Assembly (NCBI GenBank): GCA_019058445.1
Contig: JAHPZA010000003.1
Coordinates: 160,001-224,000 of the forward strand
DNA from: Promethearchaeota archaeon
GTDB lineage: Archaea > Asgardarchaeota > Lokiarchaeia > Sigyniarchaeales > SOKP01
DNA: 64,000 nt
Direction of reading: 5' to 3'
Shown here: one piece after another, positions 41,701 to 49,701 of the stretch
Position numbering within the stretch: position 1 is the first letter of the stretch
Layout: each line of letters opens with the position of its first letter
Made by a program: the position numbers and the translations under genes
The notes under the pieces: model-generated
Seen by the model: only the letters and a program-made list of their open reading frames with translations
Databases searched by the model: none
Told to the model about the DNA's origin: nothing

Positions 41701-42689
41701 CAAACGATATGGGGAATTATAATGAAATATCGTTAAATCTGATAATTAACAATCAGGAGAATGGCATATATTTGTTATGGGCTTATCAATTCAATATTAC
41801 AGGTAATCGTATTCAATCTAATATTCAGAGAGGGATTTTTATTGATTCTGCAGGTGACTGTCAAATATGGAACAATAATTTCACGAGTAATGGAATAAAT
41901 GCTCTAGATAATGGAATTACTAACTCCTGGGATAATGGGTCTATAGGTAACTATTGGGATGATTATACCGGAGGAGATAATAATGGTGATGGAATAGGAG
42001 ATACTCCTTATAATGTGCCTGGATCAGCTTTATCTATTGATAATTACCCCATCTGGGGAATCCCTCCTTCTAGTCCTATCGAAGCGGGAGGAGGATCATC
42101 TGGGAATGAAGATGCAAAATCTCCATCCGAAATTAATATATCTCTTATAATTTTAGGAGCTGCAATCATTGGGAGTATTGTTGCCGCATATTATGCGATG
42201 CATGTTTATTCTAATAGATACTCCTCAAAACCAGGAAAGTATGCAATAAAAAAGGAACCTCTTCTACGACCACCTTCAGAAAAACAAGAACTCTCAACAC
42301 TTAGACCTAGAACATCGAGAACCTCACAGAATGTCAGAATTTCCTCAAAAGAAAAATCTGAAACGGATTTAAAGTTTAAAATGGATGATTTTGACCAATT
42401 TTTCATCCAAAATCAGTTAGGTAATATTTCAGGCAAAATGAGAGAAATCTATGAAGAACTTTTAAGAGAAAATTCTACAATAAGAGAATACCTTGAAAGC
42501 GATGTATCTGTTGAAGATATGCCGAATGGTGAAAGATTAATAACAACCATAATTGATGATGTTGATCTGCGCAAAATAGAGAAAATAAACTTGCCGTATG
42601 ACCAAAAGAAAATTTTCTTAATGGAAATAATCTCAATGAATAAAAAGGATAGAAAACGATTATTAGATGAAATGCTTGAAAATGCTTAA
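38793..42689 (+). CDS. Large cell-surface parallel beta-helix (NosD/CASH) protein with TM anchor and cytoplasmic tail
   Basis: N-terminal signal/TM, GxGT-x-x-NPYVIE, many N-x-I-x-x-N...GIY repeats, GNYWDDY-x-x-x-DNNGDGIGD, TM ~aa 1115-1138, ~160-aa tail. Confidence 0.9.
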   Translation: MHKKKLEIIFMLLIFLVLITAVVKKDTSDESKNKSFDSEYNSNPMPSDNWILTSPIFVNDTDPSNNWATINSTYAWCNGAGTWNNPYVIENVTIDSQNSGSAITILNSDIPFQIRNCTIRNTGTLSEDAGIKLINVNNSKLSGNIFLDIDKIGIYLKLYCKNNTIKDNYIFEDLTYSVNKIQYGIYLYDQCSGNIIKENYLHGVNIFGSSDRGGVHLEDECNSNTIENNWINRSDQGIYLINKCDDNTLFNNTIINNDENGIIFENDCDANKLLNNTVSNNDHHGIYGYDGSDDNIIANNIVNDNRYNGIYIVTGCENNTIVNNIVNQNEVGIKIESAISFCQYFTIIGNFINNSAEYGIYIQSVTDVDLWENELYGCGFLIQSTNVLHHESISLSTNNTVNGKPVYYCVEKSGLDSTDFPNAGQIILIDCNHTRIENFEFFDCSIGIYDYSTFYPFPRPLSYNHTFSNITSRGNMIGIYSHRCHNLTMSDITAKRNEIGIKLSDCIDSNINNNTLNENVHYGLQLYDCNNTIIMNNYIQFTMGTVFDYGLSSSGGYSNKIINNTITHNAINGISLNGGKNHYISGNNISHNNKTGINFWSSNCDYHTIINNTISYNKEHGIYLETNCNYNLITNNTIYNNTENGIYLWDDCDSNNITLNRIYDNCDNGIFIEYNCDNNNLILNQIHNNSGNGIYITSTSINNYVFNNTIEINLQNGIYIKNANDNNITRNYINDNKQYGINIDTSTTISLSQNYLNLCGLYITGFSSQHYDSHQIQASNMVNDKKLCFYTNQNGLVINVATNPGQVILINCSDSIISNANVSNGSIGIMLYLCENISIMETNSSYNKINGVYVKDSENCTLAGNIINYNGLEGIYVDWSCKYINFTGNYIRHNSEDGIHLEAPYCIIDLNQITNNGDNGIYIFDAANINITRNTIENNVNDGIYTISWCDYLIISNNSLSYNIGNGFSSNDMGNYNEISLNLIINNQENGIYLLWAYQFNITGNRIQSNIQRGIFIDSAGDCQIWNNNFTSNGINALDNGITNSWDNGSIGNYWDDYTGGDNNGDGIGDTPYNVPGSALSIDNYPIWGIPPSSPIEAGGGSSGNEDAKSPSEINISLIILGAAIIGSIVAAYYAMHVYSNRYSSKPGKYAIKKEPLLRPPSEKQELSTLRPRTSRTSQNVRISSKEKSETDLKFKMDDFDQFFIQNQLGNISGKMREIYEELLRENSTIREYLESDVSVEDMPNGERLITTIIDDVDLRKIEKINLPYDQKKIFLMEIISMNKKDRKRLLDEMLENA

Positions 42690-42755
42690 TAAAGCGCTAA
42701 AATTGATAATTTTAAAATTTTATTTTTTACAATATTTTTTAATACTTATTTAAAC

Positions 42756-44135
42756 CTAATGTAGAAAGCTGGAATATTTATCTAGGTATTTTTGAAATAA
42801 ACCTTGCCAACCGTAAGCACCTCTTATCTTCTCTGAGTATTCTTTATCTTTTACTAGTAAATCTGTACCATCGAGAAATTCTTTTATTTTATACTTTAAA
42901 TTACTAATAAATACAGGCAATTCTTCCTTTATAGGCTCGTCGATTGTTTTCATTTGAGGGAGTGGTAGGAATTTAACTTTTCCTTCAACCCCTATTGAAC
43001 AATTTAATTCGTTTTTTACACCTGGTAAATCAGTAATGATTGCTTTACATCCACAAGCTAGGGATTCTAAAAGGACTTTTGGAAATCCATCATAAAAACT
43101 AGGCAAAATAAATAAGTCACAATCTCGAAATTTTTCTGATAACTCGTCTTGATTTAAATGACCAAGAAAGGAGATATTTTCTGTAAAATTTTCACCCATT
43201 TTAAGAATATTTTCTTTTTCTGGGCCATCACCAGAGCCTACTATAAAGAGATGAAGATAATAATCTGTTTCATTACAGACATTTTTAAAAGCTTCTAGAA
43301 GTTGTGGCACACCCTTTGAATTGCTTAATTTTCCCACAAAAATTAGGTTTATAGCGCTTTTCGATTTAGATCTATTGTTTTTATCAGGGGGATAAAATAT
43401 ATTTGTATTAATTCCTTGACCAATAGTAAAGAATTTTCTATTTAATTTTCTATTTTCTGGAAAATTATAAAGTTTTTTAACTCGAATGCTTTGTTCCTCA
43501 TTATTAACAGCTATAAAATCAATATCCTTTATGGGTTTAAGAATAAATTCCTTTAATTGAGGCGCTAATATCATTTGTCTAAGAGCAGTATTATGGCAAG
43601 TAGAAATGATCGGAATATTAGGATTTAAAACGCGATTTAATGCAGAAACTAGCCAGAGATGATGAGAATGTATTATAGTAGGTTCAAATAAATCTACTGC
43701 TGAATGAATCTTTTTAGCAAAGGCTTCTAAATATTGCTCGAGCATGAGTTCATTAAATTCAGAAAATTTTGTAGATTGATAGGGCATTTGATCTGACATA
43801 CCAGCAACAGGAAAGGGAATATCAGGAGTTAAATGAGTTAGTTCGGATTTAAAAGTTACAGAAAGTGTCTTTTCTAAATCAATCACCTCATTAAAGGGAT
43901 TATCATCTCCGACTGGTTGTCCATAAATCACAAATTGGTCTATCCCTTCATTTTGAGTTTGTTTTGTCAAATGTATTAAATTTACTCCAGAACCCGTAAA
44001 ATAGGGTCTCTGACATATAATACGCAGTACTTTTATTGATTTTATCCTTTTATATTTAGGGTTAGGGATATAATTTTTAAGCTTTAAAGAGTATGGTCCT
44101 AAATTAGCATCTTCAAACATTTTCTTCATCTTCAT
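42756..44135 (-). CDS. Glycosyltransferase family 4
   Basis: TGSG, HSHHLW, FVGKL-x-x-x-KG, DGFPKVLLESLACG. Confidence 0.88.
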   Translation of the reverse strand: MKMKKMFEDANLGPYSLKLKNYIPNPKYKRIKSIKVLRIICQRPYFTGSGVNLIHLTKQTQNEGIDQFVIYGQPVGDDNPFNEVIDLEKTLSVTFKSELTHLTPDIPFPVAGMSDQMPYQSTKFSEFNELMLEQYLEAFAKKIHSAVDLFEPTIIHSHHLWLVSALNRVLNPNIPIISTCHNTALRQMILAPQLKEFILKPIKDIDFIAVNNEEQSIRVKKLYNFPENRKLNRKFFTIGQGINTNIFYPPDKNNRSKSKSAINLIFVGKLSNSKGVPQLLEAFKNVCNETDYYLHLFIVGSGDGPEKENILKMGENFTENISFLGHLNQDELSEKFRDCDLFILPSFYDGFPKVLLESLACGCKAIITDLPGVKNELNCSIGVEGKVKFLPLPQMKTIDEPIKEELPVFISNLKYKIKEFLDGTDLLVKDKEYSEKIRGAYGWQGLFQKYLDKYSSFLH

Positions 44136-44341
44136 ATATCCTTGTTATATAATATCTTTTCCTATATGAATTAGTTTTTCCACGTCTATTTATTATCAAA
44201 GTCATATCATTAATTTTTTAATAAAAAATACTTTTACATTCATAAGATTATTAAAAATGTTTGATCAAACAAACGAAAAAGTAATTTCTATACTTTTTAT
44301 TGAAATGCTAATGAAATTTTAAATAGATAAAAAGATTTGAA

Positions 44342-44974
44342 GTGATAATGAGCGATAATGTAGAGAAATATATTAAACGAAAAGTACACAAGGGAATGAG
44401 TACTAAGATTTCTCAAAAATTCATCGATGCTGGTTTGGAAAAGATTCGGGCATGTATTAATTGCGGCACATGCACTGGGAGCTGCCCTTCAGGAAGACGT
44501 ACAGCTTATAGAACACGCTCTGCTATTCGTAAAGCTTTAACAGGAGATGAATCTGTTTTAGAAGATATTGATATTTGGATGTGTTCTACATGTTATTACT
44601 GCTATGAAAGATGTCCTAGAGATATTCCTGTGACAGACATGATAATTAAACTAAGAAATATTGCCGTGGAAGAGGGTTTTATTTTGGATTCACATTTTAC
44701 TTTAGCCAGCGACATATTTTATGCCACAGGCCATGGAGTTCCTGCTAATGACCCTGAGGCGCATAAACAATGGAGAGCCTTACGGGAATCATATGGTTTA
44801 CCTCCTTTGCCACCAACAGTTCATTCATATCCAGAAGCAGTTAAAGAATGCCAAACTTTAATGAATGAGGTTGGATTTAGAGCATTATTGGATAATGCGG
44901 CAAAACTTAAAGCTAAAAGAAAAGCAGAAGCCGAGAAAATAGCAAAAGAAAAAACTGAGGAGGAGAAAAAATAA
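44342..44974 (+). CDS. hdrC: Heterodisulfide reductase subunit C (likely start ATG 44348)
   Basis: CINCGTCTGSCPSG and CSTCYYCYERCPR. Confidence 0.95.
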   Translation: MIMSDNVEKYIKRKVHKGMSTKISQKFIDAGLEKIRACINCGTCTGSCPSGRRTAYRTRSAIRKALTGDESVLEDIDIWMCSTCYYCYERCPRDIPVTDMIIKLRNIAVEEGFILDSHFTLASDIFYATGHGVPANDPEAHKQWRALRESYGLPPLPPTVHSYPEAVKECQTLMNEVGFRALLDNAAKLKAKRKAEAEKIAKEKTEEEKK

Positions 44975-45921
44975 TGAGTGAATATAAGTGGAGATATGCA
45001 TTCTTTTTGGGATGTGTCATCCCTAATAGATATCCTATGATTGAGCGAAGTATACGAGATGTATTTGAAGAGCTTGGGGCAGAAATATTGGATATGCCAG
45101 GAGCATCATGTTGTCCTGCACCAGGTGTATTTCGAGCATTTCATATCCCAACATGGCTAGTGATTGCTGCTCGTAATATTTCCATTGCGGAAGAATTAGG
45201 TGTTAGTCCTCTAACTGGTTGCAACGGATGCTATGGTACACTTCGGGATGCATGGTACGATTTAGAACATAACCCAGAAGAGAAAAAGCATGTCAATGAG
45301 CTTCTCGCTAAAGTTGGTCGTCAATATAAAGGGAATTTTGAACCAAAACATGTAGTTCAAGCCCTTTATTTAGATATGGGATTAGATTATCTTAAGGATC
45401 ATATTAAACATAAATTTGATGATCTAAAAGTGGGTGTTCATTACGGATGCCATATAGTTAAACCCAGCGATAAACGACCTTGGCATGGTGAATATGAAAA
45501 CCCCCAATTCCTAGATGAGATTGTTGAAATCACAGGTGCTAAGAGCATAGATTATAAAGATAAATATATGTGTTGCGGAGCAGGTGGAGCTGTTAGAACT
45601 GCTGTCAAAGAAGTCGCAGCAGATTTCACTCGTGAAAAATTAGTCAATATGCGTGATGCAGGTGTGGATATTATTATAAATTGCTGTCCCTTCTGTCATC
45701 TTCAGTTGGATCTCGGTCAGGTTGAGGTAAATAATTTTTATAAAGATATTATTGGAGAGCCATTCAAAATTCCTGTTATCTATATAACACAGCTTCTTGG
45801 AGTTGCAATGGGTATGGATCCTAATAGATTGGGTTTAATAAAAAATCATGATTTAAAGGGAGTGTCCCCATTTATACCTATTGATAGGTTTTTAGATATA
45901 GTAAAAGAACAAATAATATAG
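44974..45921 (+). CDS. hdrB: Heterodisulfide reductase subunit B
   Basis: FLGC, SCCPAPG, CNGC, HYGCH, CCGAGG, CPFCHLQLD. Confidence 0.96.
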   Translation: MSEYKWRYAFFLGCVIPNRYPMIERSIRDVFEELGAEILDMPGASCCPAPGVFRAFHIPTWLVIAARNISIAEELGVSPLTGCNGCYGTLRDAWYDLEHNPEEKKHVNELLAKVGRQYKGNFEPKHVVQALYLDMGLDYLKDHIKHKFDDLKVGVHYGCHIVKPSDKRPWHGEYENPQFLDEIVEITGAKSIDYKDKYMCCGAGGAVRTAVKEVAADFTREKLVNMRDAGVDIIINCCPFCHLQLDLGQVEVNNFYKDIIGEPFKIPVIYITQLLGVAMGMDPNRLGLIKNHDLKGVSPFIPIDRFLDIVKEQII

Positions 45922-45934
45922 GAGGAAAGAAGAA

Positions 45935-47953
45935 TTGACTGAAACCAAAAAAGAAATAATTGTTACTGGTAAGGAAAAACCCAGAATTGGGGTGTATGTT
46001 TGCCATTGTGGAATTAATATTGCTGGTGTAGTTGATGTCGTTAAATTAAAAGACTATGCTTTAACTTTACCAGATGTGGTATTAGCAAGAGAATATAAAT
46101 TTATGTGTTCTGATAATGGACAATCCATGATTAAAGAAGATATAGAAGCAGGATTAATTAATAGGGTCGTTGTCGCAGCGTGTTCACCAAGGATGCACGA
46201 ACCTACATTTAGATTAGTATGTAAAGAAGCGGGGTTAAATCAATTCCTTTTTGAACAAGCGAATATCCGAGAACACGCGACTTGGGTAAATATGTATGAT
46301 CCTGAGGGTGCGTATGAAATTGCTAAAGATCATATTAGAATGTCGGTAGCAAAAGCTCGAAAACTATTACCGTTAGAAGTTCAAAAAGTTAAAGTTGACC
46401 CATCTTGTTTAATCATAGGTGGCGGGATTTCAGGGATGAATTCTGCTTTAGATCTCGCAGATGAAGGGTATAAAGTGTATCTTGTTGAGAGAACCCCCAC
46501 AATAGGAGGTCACATGGCCCAATTAGATAAAACATTTCCAACTATGGACTGCTCAGCATGTATATTAACACCAAAAATGGTCGATGTAGGACGGAAAGAA
46601 AAAATTGAGATCATGACGTATTCCGAGGTTGTAGATGTTTCTGGATATGTAGGTAATTTCGAAGTAACTATCATGAAAAAACCTCACTATGTTGATCAAG
46701 AAAAGTGTACCGCATGTGGTTCTTGTGCAGAAAACTGTCCCATAACTTGCGGAAATGAATTTGATCTTGGTATGGGTACAAGGAAAGCAATCTATATTCC
46801 ATTCCCTCAAGCAGTTCCAGGAGAATATACAATAGATATGGAAAAATGCATTAAATGCGGAATATGCGCCAGAGAAGATGTATGTGAACCAGGTGCGATT
46901 AAATATGATGACAAACCTGAATATGTTACAGTAAAAGTTGGGACGATAATCGTCGCAACAGGCTGGGATTTATATGATCCAACAGAATTAGGACAATATG
47001 GTTATGGAAGGTACCCCAACGTCATCACAGGACTTCAGATGGAGCGCTTACTAAGTTCTTTTGGACCTGTATTAGGAAAACCTGTTCGCCCCTCTGATCT
47101 CGAAGCCCCTCATAGTATAGCATTCCTACAATGTGTGGGAAGCAGAAACTTTAGAGAGGGAGGACATTCGTATTGTTCTAGAGTCTGTTGTATGTATGCA
47201 ACTAAACAAGCACGGCAATATAAAGAAAAACATCCTGAAGCAGAAGTATATATCTTTTATATGGACATCAGAGCTTTTGGTAAAGGGTATGAAGAATTTT
47301 ATGAATCTGCGGCTGAAAATTTCGGAATCAGTTATGTTCGAGGGAGAATTGCCGAGGTAAGAGAAGGGGAGAATCATAACATAGTCATAAGAGCTGAAGA
47401 TACATTGTTACAAACTCCAATTGAACTCGAAGTTGATTTGTTCGTTTTATCATGCGGTTTAGAAGCTAAAGCTGATGCAGATCAAGTAGCATCATTATTG
47501 AGCATTCAAAGATCTGCAGATGGATTCTTTATGGAGGCCCATCCAAAATTAAAGCCTGTGGATACTCTAACAGACGGAATTTTTGTCGCGGGAGTTGCCC
47601 AAGGACCGAAAGATATTCCTGATGCAGTTGCTCAGGCAAAAGGAGCAGCTTCTAGTGCAGCAGCGCTAATGGCTCAAGGTGAAGTAGAAATTGAACCTTA
47701 TTATTCTGTTGTCATTGAGCATCTCTGCTCGGGATGTAGAACTTGCCAATCTTTATGCCCATTCGGCGCGATTGATTTCGATGAATTCAAAAAGATAGCA
47801 GTGGTAAACCCTGCGTTATGTAAGGGTTGCGGAACGTGTGTGTCAGCTTGCCCATCAGGAGCGATGGTTCAAAATCATTTTGCTAATTTTCAATTAAACT
47901 CCATCATTAATGTTGCTGTAAAACAACCCACCGTTGAAAACGGAGGAAAATAA
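45935..47953 (+). CDS. hdrA: Heterodisulfide reductase subunit A
   Basis: GVYVCHCG-x-NI, AACSP, GGGISG, KTFPTMDCSAC, QCVGSR, CSRVCC and ferredoxin motifs; TTG start after GGAGG. Confidence 0.97.
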   Translation: MTETKKEIIVTGKEKPRIGVYVCHCGINIAGVVDVVKLKDYALTLPDVVLAREYKFMCSDNGQSMIKEDIEAGLINRVVVAACSPRMHEPTFRLVCKEAGLNQFLFEQANIREHATWVNMYDPEGAYEIAKDHIRMSVAKARKLLPLEVQKVKVDPSCLIIGGGISGMNSALDLADEGYKVYLVERTPTIGGHMAQLDKTFPTMDCSACILTPKMVDVGRKEKIEIMTYSEVVDVSGYVGNFEVTIMKKPHYVDQEKCTACGSCAENCPITCGNEFDLGMGTRKAIYIPFPQAVPGEYTIDMEKCIKCGICAREDVCEPGAIKYDDKPEYVTVKVGTIIVATGWDLYDPTELGQYGYGRYPNVITGLQMERLLSSFGPVLGKPVRPSDLEAPHSIAFLQCVGSRNFREGGHSYCSRVCCMYATKQARQYKEKHPEAEVYIFYMDIRAFGKGYEEFYESAAENFGISYVRGRIAEVREGENHNIVIRAEDTLLQTPIELEVDLFVLSCGLEAKADADQVASLLSIQRSADGFFMEAHPKLKPVDTLTDGIFVAGVAQGPKDIPDAVAQAKGAASSAAALMAQGEVEIEPYYSVVIEHLCSGCRTCQSLCPFGAIDFDEFKKIAVVNPALCKGCGTCVSACPSGAMVQNHFANFQLNSIINVAVKQPTVENGGK

Positions 47954-48225
47954 TAATTTAACTTTTTTATTTTTCACTTTTTTTACATTTATTTTAAATT
48001 TATTTAAATCATTTTAGAGAATCAATCTAAATCATTTTTCTTTTAATGTAGAATATACCTTTCCAGAATAAATATTATATAAAAAGAATCTGCTAAATCG
48101 TTATCAATATCTTAAAAAGCTGCTCTATCCTTTATTTTACATAAAGAAATAATTAAAATGCTCATAATTACTTTTTAATATCAATACAATCCAATAGTTC
48201 ATTACTTTTTGGTGAATTTATACTT

Positions 48226-48609
48226 ATGAATGATGATAAAAAATTAGTATTCATCTATAATGCAGACTCTGGGCTTATTAATGCGGTGAAAGATTATTTT
48301 CACAAAAAACGTAGTCCCGAGACTTATCAATGCAATCTATGTATGCAAACATTTGGCGCAATCTCTATGAAGAAGGACTGGAAAAATTATGTAAATAATT
48401 TAGATATTCCTGCCGAATTTCTTCATAAAGACGAATTTGAAAAGAAATATGCTGAACAAGTTCCCATTCATGAAGTGAAATATCCTTCAGCTTACTTTAA
48501 AAATGGCTCAAATATGAACTTATTTGTGTCCCAAGATGAGATGAATGCGGTAAAATCATTAGATGAATTGAAAGACATGATAAGCAGGAAGTTGAAATCA
48601 ACTTCTTAA
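48226..48609 (+). CDS. Conserved hypothetical protein with CxxC
   Basis: FIYNADSG...SPETYQCNLC...FLHKDEF. Confidence 0.75.
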   Translation: MNDDKKLVFIYNADSGLINAVKDYFHKKRSPETYQCNLCMQTFGAISMKKDWKNYVNNLDIPAEFLHKDEFEKKYAEQVPIHEVKYPSAYFKNGSNMNLFVSQDEMNAVKSLDELKDMISRKLKSTS

Positions 48610-48680
48610 TGATTTTTATTAATAATTTTTATGTTCAAAAATTTTTTTTCTTTTTAATGTTTTCTAGGGTTTTACTCATT

Positions 48681-49634
48681 TTATTCGATTTTTCTAGTCA
48701 ACCCAGACCATTTTACATTTTTTACTCCTGTTTTTTTAGCAAGCTCTAAAAAATGTTCCATTTCTTGTGTTGTCATTAATGGTTCATCTTTAAGAATCCA
48801 TGATCTTCCTAATCTTGAATATTTAATTTCACAGAGTTTATTAAAACTTAACAAATCCCATTTTTCAGGTATATTATTCAAATTAAATGTAATGAATTCT
48901 CCAATTGCTTTAATATTTTCATTCGTGGCAGTATATTTTGGAATTAATGGTGTCCTTATCCACAATTTTTTTCCATTTTCTTTAACATAATTCGAGATCC
49001 ATTTAGCATTTTCTAATATTAATTCATTTCTTACTCCTGTATATTGTTCATGTTTATCAGGATCAATAAGTTTTATATCAAGAAGAATTAAATCGACGTA
49101 TGGTAATAATTTTTGATATATTTCTTTACTTGAATAACCACATGTATCTAAAGCTGTAGAAATACCATTTTTTTTGCATAATTTAAAAAATCTTAAAAGA
49201 AAATCGGATTGTAAAGTAGGTTCACCACCTGAAACAGTGATACCTCCTTTTGATTTAGTAAAAAATATTTTTTCTTTCTCAATTTCATGAAAAAGATCTA
49301 TTAATTCCCACCACTCTCCAAGCATAGATAATGCTGTACTAGGACAGGCTGCTACGCAGTCTCCACAACTATTACAATTTTCTCTACGGATATGTAAACC
49401 ATCTTCTTTCATAAGTAATGCATCTTTTGTACAGATCTCCACACAGCTATTACAACCTATACATTTTTGTTCTACCCATTGAATTTGAGGTTTATTCGGA
49501 ATGGACTCAGGGTTATGGCACCATACGCAGTTTAATGGACATTTATTGAAATAAATAGTTGTACGAACACCCGGACCATCATCTGTAGCCATTCTCTGAA
49601 TTTTAAAAATTAATGCTTTAGATTTTGACTCTAT
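48681..49634 (-). CDS. Glycyl-radical enzyme activating protein (radical SAM + ferredoxin insert); true start upstream of ATG 49592
   Basis: DGPGVRT, CPLNCVWCHNPE, two ferredoxin motifs, SGGEP, LDTCG. The conserved IF-x-IQR segment lies upstream of the ORF-track start. Confidence 0.9.
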   Translation of the reverse strand: MESKSKALIFKIQRMATDDGPGVRTTIYFNKCPLNCVWCHNPESIPNKPQIQWVEQKCIGCNSCVEICTKDALLMKEDGLHIRRENCNSCGDCVAACPSTALSMLGEWWELIDLFHEIEKEKIFFTKSKGGITVSGGEPTLQSDFLLRFFKLCKKNGISTALDTCGYSSKEIYQKLLPYVDLILLDIKLIDPDKHEQYTGVRNELILENAKWISNYVKENGKKLWIRTPLIPKYTATNENIKAIGEFITFNLNNIPEKWDLLSFNKLCEIKYSRLGRSWILKDEPLMTTQEMEHFLELAKKTGVKNVKWSGLTRKIE

Positions 49635-49701
49635 AATACATCACATTATTAACCTATAAAATTTATATAAAATTCAAAAAAATAGTCCTTTAAAGTAGGA
49701 T

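Noticed and set aside
39200-41900. Repetitive AAT-rich DNA resembling an array
   Set aside because: Explained by Asn-rich beta-helix coding repeats; no fixed repeat-spacer pattern, so not CRISPR.
46530-46575. Possible selenocysteine in HdrA (TMDCSAC motif)
   Set aside because: Codons are TGC/TGT and the ORF has no internal TGA; this is the Cys form.
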